64,000 nt of DNA. It comes from Octopus sinensis. Lineage: Eukaryota. The DNA lies in contig NC_042999.1 of assembly GCF_006345805.1 (NCBI RefSeq), positions 150,660,001 to 150,724,000 of the forward strand, read 5' to 3'. Under the pieces are notes generated by a model. That model made no database searches. It worked only from the letters and a program-made list of their open reading frames with translations, and was not told the DNA's origin. Below are positions 50,644 to 63,158 of the stretch, piece after piece (position 1 is the first letter of the stretch; every line of letters starts with the position of its first letter). A program made the position numbers and the translations under genes.

Positions 50644-52433
50644 CAGTGCGGAATTTGAACTCGGTTGCCTAAGTTTCTCACGTACAGTGTATTTGTCATA
50701 TTTCATATGGGGTGTAGGATAATAGGCATACGTACGTATATGTGTATACCCTTCCCTGACTTTGTTTCCTCAAAACTTTCAGAAAATGGATATTTTTATA
50801 ATGAAATTTTCGACGAATATACTCCAGATGGTGTAAATTTCGATTATATCGGAATTTGTTTTGAAAGATTTTTTTCCGAGGGTGGGGCGAGAAGTTTCGG
50901 AAAATTCGAGTCAGTTTTGTTTCCTCATAGCATTCAGAAAAATGGTTATTTTTTAATGAAAGTTTCTACAAATGCTTTTCAGAGGGTGTAGATTACGATT
51001 ATATTAGAATTTAATTTGAAAAATAGAGCTATTGGCCACATACACATACATACTGAACATACATCACAATTTTATTTAGAAATTGCAAGTTCCATTTTGT
51101 AGATTATGTAATGTGTCTATGTATGTGTGCGAGCTCAAATAGTTTTGTTTTTTACATATTTAATTCCGATATAATCGTGAGCTATACAATCTGAAAGGTA
51201 CTTGTCAAAAATATTGATAATAAAAAAACTCATTTTTCTGAATATTATGAGAAAACAAAACAGATTCGCGTGAATTTCCCGAAACTCCTCTCCTCACCCT
51301 CAGAAAAAGATTAATTCACAACAAATTCCGAGGTAAAAAAGCCATGGTAGGGCATATTTGCGTAGGTAAATCAGATAATAAATACTATCATTTAATAGCT
51401 GTTTTAATGCACTGAAAACTTTTTTTTTTTAGCTGAATATATGTTACTGAAATTGGAGTACGTTTAACATACCCTGCGTCTTTATGTCATCAAATACGGT
51501 ATAAACTGAAATTATATTTAGATTTTATTATTCGTGTACACACAACAAAAATGAAACAAAAAGACATTACAGTTTAAATTTTAAATAAAATAACGTTAGT
51601 TTTATTACAGGGGTTAACAAATCCGACGTAAACTTTATACTGGCGTACCTCAACTTAACTTTACGTCAGTCTCAGCGAACACATTCAAAACCATAAAATC
51701 TGTAAAAAAATACACCTAAAACCATTACTAGAGTGGAAAACCAAATACATGTGAAAATACAAATCATTTATTAAGATAAATATAAGCTAATAAATATTTT
51801 AAAATGTTTTCGTATTATGTGGGGTACCTAAATCACGCCCATTGTACGTAATATCCTAGATTATCGCTAAAAAGACGGTTAGCTGAAGGCTGGAATGTCT
51901 TTGATGATAGGGTTAGCTGTATCAGGGTAGATTCGAGGCTAAATAACAAAATTATTACTGTTACAGAGACAGACCAATGACGGAGCCTGTATTTGGTTGC
52001 ACGACCTGCTAGAAAAAGTAGTCAAACTTTTTTTTTTTATGTACAGAATAGAAAAACCTCTGACACGTTCAACCAGTATCCGAAGTTTCAAATTGTTAAA
52101 AAAAAGTTAATCAAAAGATTTGTAAGATCCGTGAAACTACTCTCGTTGTCAAGGGAATCCCAATATTTGGAATATGGATACTTGCTATCTTTTATTCTTT
52201 CAACTTTTCTTCAACTTTAGCTGCTTCATCATTCAGTGAAGAATATTATTTTAACAACAGAATAGCTTTGATTGTAATGGATCTGTGAGAAAAGACGTTC
52301 CAGCCATAACCATTTTGTCTTATTCTTTTCTAGAAGTAATGAATTCCTAAGCGAACATTATAAAATAATATAAACTTGAATTTCTTTTCTTGAAGACGGA
52401 AATTTTATTTTTCTTTTTGTCAAGAAAATTTGG

Positions 52434-53107
52434 GGATCTTTTCATTTTGACCGGCAGATTTTTAAAATAATTTCTTTGTAACTAAACACTTTTAAACTGA
52501 TAGAATGTGTTACATAAAACATCTTTTTTCTCTTGGCTTTCTTCAGAAAATTCTGTAGTTTGTAAGCTATTTGTTGTTAAATTTCTTGCATTTCGGCAAT
52601 TTCAACCTATCAATGACGTCTATTGAGGTGAATACAATTTCTGCGGTTGTTTGTCAATGCGGTGTCTACTCAGTTTGTCACTGTTATTTATGACATATTT
52701 CATATCAGTTACGTTCGTATGAATAAAAGATTATCGCATTGACAAATGCATATGTTGTGAACTTAGAATATATGTTTATTAATAAAAGTTTAATAACGAT
52801 AATCTTTTATTCATACGAACGTAACTGATATGAAATATGTCATAAATAACAGTGACAAACTGAGTAGACACCGCATTGACAAACAACTGCAGAAATTGCA
52901 TTCAGCTCAATCGACGTCATTGATTGGTTGAAATTGCCGAAATGCAAGAAATTTAACAACAAATAGCTTACAAACTACAGAATTTTCTCAAGAAAGCCAA
53001 GAGAAAAAGATGTTTTATGTAACACATTCTACCAGTATACGAAGTTTAAAAGTGTTTAGTTACAAAGAAATTATTTTAAAAGTCTGCCGGTCAAAGTGAA
53101 AGGATCC
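52434..53107. mobile_element. 674-bp foldback derivative of the GG-terminated MITE family
   Basis: Arms 52434-52736 and 52797-53107, 60-bp spacer; the outer 190 bp or so match one end of 47072/50227. Confidence 0.88.
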
Positions 53108-55088
53108 GGTGTTTGATTATAATTCTAAGATAACTTTTCATATTCCCCAGGATTGATGATATAAACGTTTGCAATTTATTGATTGACTGGAGGATATAGA
53201 AGATTGGAATAATGCTGAAATTAGTGTATCGGTTCTGGAGTTTGACTCCATTCAAAGTTTATGTTGATGTTGCCCTTAATCTTTTCAGGCATGATTAAAT
53301 AAATCCCAGTCAATTCTCCAGTCCGGTTCAAGCGATTATGTTTTACGCAAATTTAAAATAAAGAAAACAAAAATGGCGACGGTGATAATAATATTAATAA
53401 TGGTGATGGTGATGATGACGCTGTTGTTGATGCGGGTGGTGATGATGAAGGTGATGGTATGGAAATTAAGATAAAAAGCAAGAGAACCGTGGATTTGACT
53501 TGACGGCTTCAAGCTGAAGATGATGAGTGATGAAAATGCGATCAATCATAAAACTGAAAACGTTTTAATTTCCTGTGACGTGAATGTTAAGATTTTTGTT
53601 TTATACTTTGATAATTTTTCGGTCCTTATACGTGCTGCTATATGAAAACTACGTGTTTGATGTCATAGCAGTATTATTTATTATACAATGACGGGAGAAG
53701 AGTGAATGAGTGTGTTTGAAAGCAGCACGTGACGATGGGAAAGAAAGAATCGGATACACTGGAGGAAAGAAAGACGGTAAGGGATGCACGTGTTGGAGGG
53801 GGTGGGAAAGAGTGAAGTGAGTATGGGAAGGACAGGGAGAGACAGACAGAGAGAGTGAGAGAGAGTAAAGGTGTTTGTGTATGAAACTGTGAAGTGTGTT
53901 TGAAATGTATGTGTGAAAGAAAGAGTTAGCCGGGTCTATGGGAGAAAAGACAAGGTACACGAAAGCTTGAGCTGTGTAAGCGGTTGGTGGTGGTGGTGGG
54001 GGGAATGTTGAGAGGGGTCTGTTGGAAAAACAGGGAAAGAAAGTGTGAGAAAGGTGTAAAAATAAAAAGTGAGACACGATTTTGAGGCATGTAGATCTAT
54101 AAAAATAAAAATAAGTAGTTCAATTGCGCGATATATGCAAATAAACGGGGGCGAGAGAGGGAGAGATAGGAAGGGGTACGGGAACTAAAATATCAAGACT
54201 GTTAGTATAAGAGCGAAAATAAAGGTAAATTTTCCATTGACCATGGTGTTAATACAGGTGTTATAGTTGTTAATGAAAAACGATATTTCTAGTGTGTATG
54301 AAAGAGTTTACGCGTGTTTATATGTGAGTATTTATATGTATGTGTGTGTGTGTGAGTGAGAAAGAGAGTTCGTGTGTACGTATGTATGTATATGTTATAA
54401 GCACATATTTGCATGTGTGTACGCGTGTACGAAATGCAAGAAGATACGCATGCGTAAGCACACACAAACACACGCTCACGTTTTGAGAAACTAAATAAAT
54501 AAATAAATAAAAACTTTTGATCTCGCTTTGTGTCTGTTGAACAAGTAACGGTTCAATTGTGGCCTACAGACCCAACACTAATCTGTTTTAACAAACTTGG
54601 TTCCTTTCTCACTGCCTGAAGTCGCCTTTTATAACAGAATGTCGGTCCCATTATCTCTGCATGTTTTGGGGGCGGAACGCAGGTTGTATTATACATAACA
54701 CACACACACAAGATCAAAGACTAGTGAAGAACCTTGCTGTACTCAGTTGGAGAACCGCTGCTCTACGATTGAGTACAGCCATCTTCTTCACTAAACCTTT
54801 GATCTAACATGTACGATATATACTAATTTTCAAAAAAGGAACGACAGGTTTATAAGTTAACCAACATATATATCAACGGTAGCCTCCTGTCCTCTTTGAA
54901 AAAATGTCTGTCTGGCTCTCTGCTGCTCGTCTTTTTCTTCTCGACTTGGTTTTGTCAACAGTCCGTCACTCTTCTTCATTCAACTGTAACTATTTCACTG
55001 TTGTTCATGCTTCTAATGTAATATCCGCTCATTTTTGTATTATTTAAAAAAGAAGCGTGAAAATTACACAATATCACATGTCCACTAG

Positions 55089-55795
55089 GGCGGCGAGCTG
55101 GCAGAAACGTTAGCACGCCAGGCGAAATGTTTAGCAGTATTTCATCTTGCCCTTACGTTCTGAATTCAAATTTCGCCGAGGTCGACCTTGCCTTTCATCT
55201 TTTCGGGGTCGATAAATTAAGTACGAGTTTCGTACTGGGGTCGATCTAATCGATTGCCCCCCCCCCACGAACTTCGGGGTCGATTAAATAAGTAGCAGTT
55301 ACGCACTGCGGTCGATATAATCGACTTAATCCGTTTGTCTGTCCTTGTTTGTCCCCTCTATGTTTAGCCCATTGTGGGCAATAAAGAAATAATAATTTTA
55401 AGGCGGCGAGCTGGCAGAAACCTTAGCACGCCGGGCGAAATGCTTAGCGGTATTTCGTCTGCCGCTGCGTTCTGAGTTCAAATTCTGCCGAGGTCAACTT
55501 TGCCTTTCATCCTTTCGGGGTCGATAAATTAAGTACCAGTTACGCACTGGGGTCGATATAATCGACTTAATCCGTTTGTTTGTCCCCTCTGTGTGTAGCC
55601 CCTTGTGGGCAGTAAAGAAATAGGTATTTCGTCTGTCTTTACTTTCTGAATTCAAATATCGCCGAGGTCGACTGTGCCTTTCATCCTTTCGGGGTCGATA
55701 AATTAAGTACTAGTTGCCTACTGGGATCGATCTAACCACCGACTGGCCCTTTCCCCAAAATTTCGGTCCTTGTGCCTAGAGTAGAAAAGTATATT
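55089..55795 (+). mobile_element. Nin/Deu-type SINE composite (55089-55393) plus dimer (55402-55795)
   Basis: Dimer junction at 55623/55624. Confidence 0.88.
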
Positions 55796-56039
55796 CAAGT
55801 TTTGGTGCTTTACGCTCTGAGTTTGAATTCCGCTTCGGATCACAACAAAAATATAGAGAAGTAGATTCAGTTGATATTCTCTCCAGTTAATAAGACTGTA
55901 ACAGATAATTTAAAGACATATTCAAACCTGGCATGAAAAACAGAACTCCCGACTTCAAATCAACGTGCATGTGTGTGTGTTGGGTCGGGTAGAGGACGGA
56001 CGTTTTTGAAAAATTCACAAAATCATTAATTATAGCTGC

Positions 56040-56521
56040 AAACAAATTTTATTGACATCAATGTGTTCGTATCGAATTAGCATTTGTCAAAATCAAGTGT
56101 GTAAAGCAACATCCATCATATGTTGTCTGTTTTCATTGATGCATTTCTGAAGGCGTTCTTGGAAGTTGACTTCCACTCTCGCCAGCACGGCTCTGTGCAT
56201 AGTCCCATGGTTTCAACTGTTACCCAATGACCAATTTGTACGGGTGGAAATGCAGGTCTTCATGCAAAATACGCCTTACCGATCGATTACCGATGCTATG
56301 TTCAGTGGAATGCCTCCGAGCAGAGCGATTCGGACATCTCTCAAAGGTTATCTGACGCGCTTCACATTTTCTGGGGTCCGCACCGTTCGTGGCGTCCCCA
56401 CTGGTTTCCTATTCATTAGTGCACTTTGTGTACGAAGTGCATTCACCCAACATAAGATTGTGTTATGGGTGGGAACAACCTGATTTCGATGAATATTGAA
56501 GTGACGCCAATATTCAGCTAG

Positions 56522-56522
<1 letters not shown>
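56040..56522 (-). mobile_element. Internally deleted Tc1/mariner (DUF4817-type N-terminus) remnant
   Basis: Minus: FNIHRNQVVPTHNTILCWVNALRTQSALMNRKPVGTPRTVRTPENVKRVR, later NFQERLQKCINENRQHMMDVAL (transposase C-terminus); no DDD catalytic region. Confidence 0.75.
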
Positions 56523-56557
<35 letters not shown>

Positions 56558-56654
56558 CATAATAATAATAATAATATGAGGGAATATTGTTCCAAATTTA
56601 CAGGGAAAAATTCAATTTAGAAATACTAAATCAAATTTCACCAAATATAATATA

Positions 56655-56704
<50 letters not shown>

Positions 56705-56826
56705 TTATCCGTAATAATGAAGGGTGAAATTAATTAATTTGGAATAATTATCAATTACACCAAGTAGTCTTCGGCATGTAAAAGCCTCATTCGAGGAAAA
56801 TTTAAGTAATTTATTGCTTAGTATTA

Positions 56827-56884
<58 letters not shown>

Positions 56885-56895
<11 letters not shown>

Positions 56896-57119
56896 TAGAA
56901 AAAAGCCACCTTTTATCAATTCAGTAATGAAAAATTAAATTTTGCCATTTACAAAGATTAAAACATATAATATTATTAATAAGTTTTAAAATATATTCCT
57001 TTCTAGATGGTATTGGAATATCCTTCAAAGATGAATTCCAAAAAAGTGGTTCTATTTTACCTGTAAGTTCCATAACCGACGAAAATGAGAGTAAATACAC
57101 TCAGAAACGTTAGTTATAA

Positions 57120-57151
<32 letters not shown>

Positions 57152-57209
57152 TGAGAGAAAATGGTATAATTTAATTTTTCATTAATGAATTGATAAAAGG
57201 TGGGTTTTT

Positions 57210-57216
<7 letters not shown>
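56885..57216. mobile_element. TA-embedded element with about 50-bp TIRs
   Basis: taaattagaaaaaagccaccttttatcaattcagtaatgaaaaattaaat / atttaatttttcattaatgaattgataaaaggtgggttttttccaata; (TA)n on both sides. Confidence 0.7.
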
Positions 57217-57254
<38 letters not shown>

Positions 57255-57255
<1 letters not shown>

Positions 57256-57645
57256 TAGCAGTATCGCCCGGCATTGCTCGGGTTTGTAAGGGAAATAACT
57301 ATAAAGCATTTTTAGAGTTATAGCCAAAAAATAGCAAAAAAAAAATGCATTAAAAATGGAAAAAATATGATGGTAAATTTTTTTTTAAATCGTTGACTCA
57401 TCGTAGACATTTTTAGAGAGTTACTTCCCTTAAAAAAAATATGCATTAAAATGGAAAAATATGATGGTAAATTATTTTAAAAATCGTAGACTCATCGTAG
57501 ACGCGCGCTAATACCCAGAAGGGCTCGATATGAATCACGACTATAAGATACCCACTTTTGGTTAAACTGCACCGCAAAATGTGAGAGTAGTTAGGAATCT
57601 AAATCGGAGTAGACACACACACAACCTTACTTTTATATATAAAGA
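57255..57645 (-). mobile_element. Non-autonomous Helitron, copy 2 (391 bp)
   Basis: TC...hairpin...CTAG, A|T target; internal duplication of about 85 bp. Confidence 0.85.
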
Positions 57646-57661
57646 TATGCACACACACACA

Positions 57662-57905
57662 CAGAGGTGTGTGCAAAAGTAGGCACACAGTAAGTATCAC
57701 ATCAATGCTATAATTCATTAAAATTACTACCACATTAAATAGCCTTACTTTTGATATTTTCAGAGTTATTAATCATAATAATACATTTATCATAACTATA
57801 ATAATAGTTATCGTAACTTTTTATTATTTTTTTTTAATAAAAATAAATGAGTATTGTACGTGTTTTCTTTTTTCATAGCTCTATACCTACTTTTGCACCA
57901 CTCTG
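57662..57905. mobile_element. Tc1-like MITE inserted in (CA)n
   Basis: TIR cagaggtgtgtgcaaaagtagg / cctacttttgcaccactctg. Confidence 0.7.
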
Positions 57906-58466
57906 TGTGTGTGTGGATACACACGCACACACACACACACACATACATACACATACACACACAAACTATCGTACGTATGGATGTAGGGCAGTGTTCAACT
58001 CTGTGACCGTTCTGAGATAAAATCTGTTCCCGAATCCAGTTGCTTTGGTCCAAATGTGTTTTAACATTTCCCAGAGGCATTAAGGTAAATAAATCAATCC
58101 CGGGTACCCTCCAAGCACCTTTTTTTAAAATTCTTTTTGCATGAATGATAAGATTACACACACACACATACATATGTATACATACATATATATATGTTGG
58201 TGGGTATTGAGCTGGCATTAAGTATACCACACTCCAGTGCGTTCGTTGTGGATATGTTAGGCATAGCAATGTGGTTTTAAGCTTGCTTCCCAACGACATA
58301 GCTTCGGGTTCAGCCCCAATGCGTGGCGCGTTGGACAAGTGTCTCCTGTTAAAGCCCCAGGTCTTGTGACCCGGAGCGGATTTGGTAGGCAGAAACACAC
58401 ATACGTATATATATATAATGTATGTATACACGCTCGCACACGCACACACACACACAAATGAGAATA

Positions 58467-58755
58467 AATAAGTGGAGGCACATGGCCTAGTGGTTAGAGC
58501 TGCGGTCGAGGGATCGCGGGATCGAATCTCAGACCGGGCGATGTGTGTGTTTATGAGCGAAACACCTAAGCTCCACGCAGCTCCGGCAGAAGGTAATGAC
58601 GAACTTCTGCTGACTCTTTCGCCACAACTTTCTCTCACTCTTTCCTCCTGCATCTTGCAGCTCACCTGCGACGGACCGGCGTCCCGTCCAGGTGGGGAAC
58701 CTATACACCAAGGAAACCGGCCCTTATGAGCCAGGCGTGGCTCGAGACGGAACAT
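58467..58755 (+). mobile_element. Third-family tRNA SINE with 13-bp TSD
   Basis: ggaggcacatggcctagtggttagagc head; ctgcgacggaccggcgtcccgtccagg; acaaatgagaata at 58454-58466 and 58756-58768. Confidence 0.85.
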
Positions 58756-59769
58756 ACAAATGAGAATAGAGAAGGAAATGGAGAAATTGACGTATAGACA
58801 TCAGTTTATTCAAAGATATTCCAATTAATATAAAATGAAATTGATATCCCTAAAGCTGTTTCCATACCCAGTTCAAATATACACATACATACACACACGT
58901 GCGTGTGTTGACATCACGTGATGATTGTAGCCGAGCGTCACCATTATACAAGTCATATCGTTAGGTTTTTTTACCTTTCGTGATAAAAAAATGTTTGGCC
59001 ATGGGGCAATATTACCTTGTTTGGAAATAGGTGAAGGTTGACAATAGGAAGGGGATCTGACCGTAGAAAATGTCTCAACGAATTCCGCGCGGCCCATGCA
59101 AGCACGGAAAAGCGAACGCTAAAACGACGATGATGATGGTTCTTCGGTGCACTGTTAGAAATATAAGAAGTAAAATAGATTTCTGTAATTTTACCGATTT
59201 CAGTGTAAATGATATTAGGCAGGAGCAGATGTAATCTCATTCGTTTCATGCTTCAAAACCGAAGATTAAAGCGTTGGTACTTAAAAGCAATTTGATTGGT
59301 CGAGTGATTGATTGATTGTGAGTGTTTCATTGACTGACTTGAAAAGCTATAAACCGATCAGGTAACAGAAATGATCGGTAACTCACCGTAGACATACGGT
59401 GAGTATTGTTAATCTATTGAGTTAACGAAGCATGAAGTTGAAAATAACGGCGTGCAAAATGGTTGAAATGAAAGTAATAATGATTTATGCATGGTGAATC
59501 ATGCAGTGACTGACTGGGAAGACGCTTATCGGCGAGCGAATAAACCAGAATAAATTATATACCGTAAATCTTCGAGTATAGTCCGCCCTTGATCACTTGA
59601 CCCTCTAGAAATAGCAGCCAAATCTCCCTCGACTCACATGCTCTATCTCTAAGAAAATGGAAAGCTATATTGAATAATGCAGAGAGGAAAAGGTGGTATG
59701 GCTATGGATGGAATGCTTATAATGATAGGATTCCTACATCTAGGTGTTGGTTAAACATCAACAAATATA

Positions 59770-60651
59770 CCGTAAATCCTCGAGTATAATCCGCACTTTT
59801 TTCCCAAATTTAAAGGTCAAAATCCCAAGTGCGTACTATATACGAGGTTAAAAATGAAAAATATTTTCTAAGCAATGTCCGAGTCTCTATTTGCTGTCCG
59901 GCAATGTTTATTCAGACGCATTTAGTGATGTCGGGCGCGAAAATACCTTAAGCTGAAAGCAATGAAGTCATAAAAGAATCATCTATAACTTGCAGTAAGC
60001 AACATTTATTAAAATACGCAGGGGATTTTTAGGGGGCTGTACCTCTGAGAAACCTAAACCTTGTGTATAATACGCACCACTTCTCTAACCTGAGTTGTGC
60101 GTAATTAAGCCAGCAGCACCTAGTCGAACAAACATTTCCGCGCATGCGTAATGCAATAATGGGAATGTAAATATGTTTGCAAATTGTTTTTGTTACATGT
60201 TATTCTGTGTTCTGAATACTTTTATTTTAATAAATGTTGCTTACTGCAAGTTATAGATGATTCTTTTATGACTTCATTGCTTTCAGGCTTAGCTTAAGGT
60301 ATTTTCGCGCCCGACATCACAAAATGCATCTGAAAGCAATGAAGTCATAAAAGAATCATCCATAACTTGCTGTAAGCAACATTTATTAAACGTTATTACT
60401 GTTATTTCTTTATTTTCTGCAAACAAAATGCACAAAAAGGCTACACATTTGCATTATGTTATATATACAATAATAATAAAGGACGTTACCGTATACATTT
60501 TTGCAAACTAAGGACGTTATATAGACCTCTTTGACTCAAGTTAGAGAAGGGGTGCATATCATACACAAGGTTTAAGTTTTTCAGAGGTACAGACCCCTAA
60601 AAATCCCTTGCGTATTATACTCAAGGGCGGACTACACTCGAGGATTTACGG
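59770..60651. mobile_element. Tc2/pogo-like MITE (CCGTA termini, TA TSD) with nested internal inverted repeats
   Basis: ta|ccgtaaatcctcgagtataatccgc...gcggactacactcgaggatttacgg|ta. Confidence 0.85.
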
Positions 60652-60712
60652 TATATATTTCGATTTTGGATTTGGTTTGCAAGATTCTTTGTGCGAGTTC
60701 GTGTGTTGAAGC

Positions 60713-61027
60713 ATATTCTGTTGTGTCTGGGGAGAGTCATTCTCTTTTAGTGCCTTATTTAACACACTATCCAGTAAACTTTTCACTCATTTACTTATTT
60801 TTCAAAAATTTTCATTGCGTCTTGCAACCTTTTCAATAGTTAACTGTTCGTTATACAAGCTAAAAGAACGTAGCTCGGATATCGCACGGAGTCAACAACA
60901 GTTGAAAAGGTTGCAAGACGCAACGGAAACTTTCGAAAAATAAGTAAATGAGTAGAAATTTTACCGGTGAGCGTGTTAAATTATAAAGGCAATAAGAGGA
61001 TGGTTCTCCCCAAACACAACAGAATAT
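60713..61027. mobile_element. Foldback element, about 128-bp arms and 55-bp spacer
   Basis: atattctgttgtgtctggggag...gcgtcttgcaaccttttcaatagt / aacagttgaaaaggttgcaagacgc...ctccccaaacacaacagaatat. Confidence 0.8.
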
Positions 61028-61037
61028 ATATCTTGTA

Positions 61038-61243
61038 AATAATGGTATTCTTATATAAGCTTAAAGCTTATGGCGATCACCGTGCAATGGCCAAGGAAAA
61101 TAGTCTAATAAAGGGGCATATAAGCCCTAGAGAGAAAAAAGGCTTTCCTATCGGTATGGGAGTCGAACCCTTTTTTCTGTCGGGGGCTTAGTCATTGCAC
61201 AGTGATCGCCATAAGCTTTATGCTTATATGAAAATATCATTAT
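61038..61243. mobile_element. MITE with about 57-bp TIRs
   Basis: aataatggtattcttatataagcttaaagcttatggcgatcaccgtgcaatggccaag and its reverse complement at 61187-61243. Confidence 0.75.
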
Positions 61244-61329
61244 TATTTTTTACAGGATTGTAAATCACGGTGCCGTAATATAAAAACCATTCGCACCGAA
61301 AGCACATATATATATATATATATATATAT

Positions 61330-61575
61330 AATTCATAAATGAGGGCAAAGGAAAAAAATTCTAATGCCGAAAAATTGGACATATTGTCCATTAACCATAT
61401 CATTTTTTCACAATACGCACGCTACTCGAAAAAAGGTCGATTTTAGAAATTTCTGTCGACCTTTTTTCGAGTAGCATGCGTATTGTGAAAAAATGATATG
61501 GTTAATGGACAATATGTCCAATTTTTCGGCATATTTGGCATTAGAATTTTTTTCCTTTGCCCTCATTTATGAATT
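61330..61575. repeat. Near-perfect palindrome, 111-bp arm and 15-bp spacer
   Basis: aattcataaatgagggc...aaaaaaggtcga-ttttagaaatttctg-tcgacctttttt...gccctcatttatgaatt. Confidence 0.9.
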
Positions 61576-61660
61576 GTTTATAAATTTAACCGTTAAAGGT
61601 ATTTTTTAATATGCTGGCCATTGATAAATTTGTTTTCGAAAAGAATTTTATCCTCACATT

Positions 61661-61709
<49 letters not shown>

Positions 61710-62449
61710 ATTTCTATGTAGAATAAAATAAGAATCAAAGCAGTCAATAGTAAAAAAATGGTTGAGAACCACTGGTATAAAGAAACAGAAATCTGTGGGA
61801 AAATTTGTACGTTTTTCAAGTCTGTAATTAGTGAGTTAGGATTAATCTTTGTCTAAGTTGATTTATATTATTTGTTATAAACATTAGAAGTGACTACGAT
61901 CTGGACACGATTTTCTTACATTGCTATGATTACTTGGAAAAGGAACGGATTTCACAACTCCTATTCTCCTTACCGCTGGAATTAATAAGGCTGATCAAAT
62001 AGTTTGCTCTGTCACATTATGAGGATGGTGGATTGGCAGAACGGTTAGAGTGTCGAACAAACTGCTTGACGGCATTTGCTCTGCATCTTTATGTTCTAAG
62101 TTCAAATCGAGTCGAGGTTACCAATCCATATCAACATGCGATAGGCTTGTGCAGTACCCCTGAAACAGAGTTGCTTCTGTTCGACCATCGGAAGTAAACT
62201 AAGATCCAACCGCAACTTCAGTGATCAAAAGGTAACTGCGCTACTAATTCTAATGGTCCCAACCAGTATATGTATCAATATTTGCATATATCCAAGATAA
62301 ACTGAAACCATAACAAGAGTTGAGATCAGGCGTAGTAGTGTAGTCTCAGATTGTGCGCCGCCATTAAGTTTCCTCCCACCAGGGCGTCACATCCCTGTTT
62401 TAAACACTTTTATTTCAATACATGCTTTTACAGCACACCCAAAAATGCC

Positions 62450-62841
62450 TATTTCTTTACTACCCACAAGGGGCTAAACACAGTGAGGACAGACAAACGG
62501 ATTAAGTCGATTATATCGACCCCAGTGCGTAACTGGTACTTATTTAATCAACCCCGAAAGGATGAAAGGCAAAGTCGACCTCGGCGAAATTTGAACTCAG
62601 AACGTAGCGGCAGATGAAATACCTGTTTCTTTACTACCCACAAGGGGACAAACCAGGGCAGACAAACGGATTAAGTCGGTTATATCGACCCCAGTGCGTA
62701 ATTGGTACTTATTCAATCGACCCCGAAAGGATGAAAGGCAAAGTCGACCTCGGCGGAATTTGAACTCAGAACGTAAAGACAGACGAAATACTGCTAAGCA
62801 TTTCGCCCGGCATGCTAACGATTCTGCCAGCTCGCCGATTT
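62450..62841 (-). mobile_element. Nin/Deu-type SINE dimer with 15-bp TSD
   Basis: acacccaaaaatgcc at 62435-62449 and 62842-62856; junction at 62622/62623. Confidence 0.9.
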
Positions 62842-63158
62842 ACACCCAAAAATGCCGCTTCCATAAAAACATTGTCCGGGGCGGACAGCTCCCTCGCCCC
62901 ACCCCCACCTAACGCTACCGATTAGAAGCACAAGTTCGAAAGTTGTGGAGAGAAATGGTTGATTTAACTTCGATTCTTCGATGAAAGTACATCTATTTTT
63001 TGTTTGCAATTCATTCGTATTCCAAACAGTTTTTTAGGATGGTGAAGTAACAGAGATTCGTTTGAACGTTGGATATGTCTTGCAATATTTAATAACGATC
63101 GTTTGTGTTCTGATTAATCAAATTAGTAAGTGTATAGGAAAACATTTATTCTTATAAA

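Noticed and set aside
53370-53510. Acidic G/D-rich reading frame
   Set aside because: Degenerate (GAT/GGT)n low-complexity sequence with no splice or homology support
57808-58755. 315-aa minus-strand ORF
   Set aside because: It runs across a SINE, a CORE-SINE fragment, microsatellites and a MITE end; chance open frame with no protein motif
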